IMG/VR virus record: IMGVR_UViG_3300045988_010322
Coordinates: 1 to 5,677 of that record
Reading direction: 5' to 3' (one strand)
Origin: a virus
DNA length: 5,677 nucleotides
Part shown: positions 4,840 to 5,677 of the stretch, piece by piece
Layout of the letters: each line of letters begins with the position of its first letter
How positions within the stretch are numbered: position 1 is the stretch's first letter
Translations under genes and position numbers: made by a program
Notes under the pieces: generated by a model
Told to the model about the DNA's origin: nothing
The model's database searches: none
Seen by the model: only the letters and a program-made list of their open reading frames with translations

Positions 4840-5677
4840 ATGGCAGGATGGGGAGCAATCGCTTTGCAGCTACTGCCAAGCGTGGTAGGAGCCTTAGGAA
4901 ACGTAGCAAGCAGCTATATCAACTCAAAAGGGTCGAACAGCAGCGCAATGAACCAAAGCACCATGAACCAACAGGTTGGAAACACGACCATGTCAGGAAA
5001 CATGAGCCAGGCAACAGGAACCCTAGGCGGGCAGGTGACGCAGGGTAACACGTCTGGAATATCAGACATCCTGGGGAAGGCTTTAACAGGCATCACGGGA
5101 AACAACTCAGGGGCAGCAGCCAGCTTTAACGCCGGACAGGCACAGACCGCAAACAACCTCCAGAGCGGACAGTGGGCACTGGGAAACCTGATGAACCTAT
5201 GGTCAAACGCCAGGGCGAATGAGCTGACAGCACAGAGCCAGGCAAGCGCAATGGCCTTTAACCGGGAAGAGAGCCAAAAAAATCGAGACTGGCAACAGAT
5301 GATGTCCAGCACAGCCTACCAGAGAGGGGTAGAAGACCTAAAGAAAGCAGGTCTGAACCCGGCATTAGCAGCATACAACGGCTTTGGTGCAAGCTCAGGC
5401 AGCGGAGGCCAGGCAGCAGTAGGAAACACAACCTTTAGCCACGCTCAAGCATCAGGAGTTCCAGCAGCACACACAGCCACCATGCAAGCAATGTATGACT
5501 ACGGAAACAACACAGCGCAATTTCTGCAGAACGCCATGCAGGCGATCAACACGGCAAAAGAAACCAAAAACTGGGAAGAAGCCAGTTACATGCAGAGTAT
5601 CATGCAAAACATTGGTTCAAGCAGCGCAAAAACCGTCGGAAACATTACACAGACCGCAAATAACACCTACAACAACG
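4840..5677 (+). CDS. VP2: 5' portion of the VP2 minor capsid / DNA pilot protein gene (runs off the window; continues at 1-264 on the circle)
   Basis: AAGGAGGTG at 4827-4835 precedes ATG 4840. The N-terminus is hydrophobic (MAGWGAIALQLLPSVVGALGNVA), followed by an N/Q/S/T/G-rich tract. The conserved VP2 block is FNREESQKNRDWQQMMSSTAYQRGVEDLKKAGLNPALAAY. There is no stop before the window end, so the gene is absent from the ORF track. Confidence 0.85.
   Translation, partial: MAGWGAIALQLLPSVVGALGNVASSYINSKGSNSSAMNQSTMNQQVGNTTMSGNMSQATGTLGGQVTQGNTSGISDILGKALTGITGNNSGAAASFNAGQAQTANNLQSGQWALGNLMNLWSNARANELTAQSQASAMAFNREESQKNRDWQQMMSSTAYQRGVEDLKKAGLNPALAAYNGFGASSGSGGQAAVGNTTFSHAQASGVPAAHTATMQAMYDYGNNTAQFLQNAMQAINTAKETKNWEEASYMQSIMQNIGSSSAKTVGNITQTANNTYNN
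5551..5677. repeat. Terminal redundancy, right copy (identical to 1-127)
   Basis: See the left copy. The identity is exact over all 127 nt. Confidence 0.95.

Noticed and set aside
4626-5048. A 140-aa very basic + strand ORF overprinting the VP1 end and VP2 start, and similar alternate-frame ORFs at 2599-2829 and 4333-4530
   Set aside because: Overprinted genes are real in phiX174 (B, K, E), so I considered them. None has a Shine-Dalgarno, whereas every accepted gene here does, and one starts at GTG. The Arg/Lys/Thr-rich composition is what frame-shifted A/G-rich sequence yields by default. They would only be worth revisiting if they are conserved in relatives.
67-5312. All minus-strand ORFs in the track, including 67-306, 1999-2352, 2375-2752, 3901-4245, the 178-aa ORF at 4373-4909, and 4914-5312
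   Set aside because: Their products are Cys/Phe/Val/Leu-rich low-complexity strings, as expected from reading the T-rich complement of an A-rich coding strand. Each lies fully antisense to a well-supported gene. I saw no SD before their starts. Microviridae transcribe a single strand.

Overview
The window is one complete, circularly permuted Microviridae (gokushovirus-like) ssDNA phage genome. The first 127 nt (1-127) are repeated exactly at 5551-5677, so the unit circle is 5550 nt and the linearisation point cuts through the VP2 gene. All credible genes lie on the + strand, and almost every one has an AGGAGG-type Shine-Dalgarno. Going round the circle there are two blocks. Block 1 is a perfect sigma70/sigmaA consensus promoter (265-293), a 56-aa ribbon-helix-helix-like ORF, a 140-nt spacer holding a perfect 16-bp hairpin, the VP4 rolling-circle Rep, a nested GC hairpin and an intrinsic terminator (1895-1928). 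Block 2 is a translationally coupled string: a 35-aa ORF, a 39-aa highly basic J/VP8-like protein, a second RHH-like ORF, a VP5-like protein, the VP3 scaffold, the VP1 major capsid and the VP2 pilot protein, which wraps into 1-264. The non-canonical content is two predicted RHH (CopG/Arc/MetJ-type) DNA-binding proteins in a 5.5-kb microvirus. One sits directly behind the consensus promoter, which is decorated with GTGTA repeats. A stem-loop with flanking direct repeats lies just upstream of the Rep start. No tRNA, rRNA, CRISPR array, integrase or recognisable lysis gene is visible. All homology calls come from remembered family motifs, not database searches.
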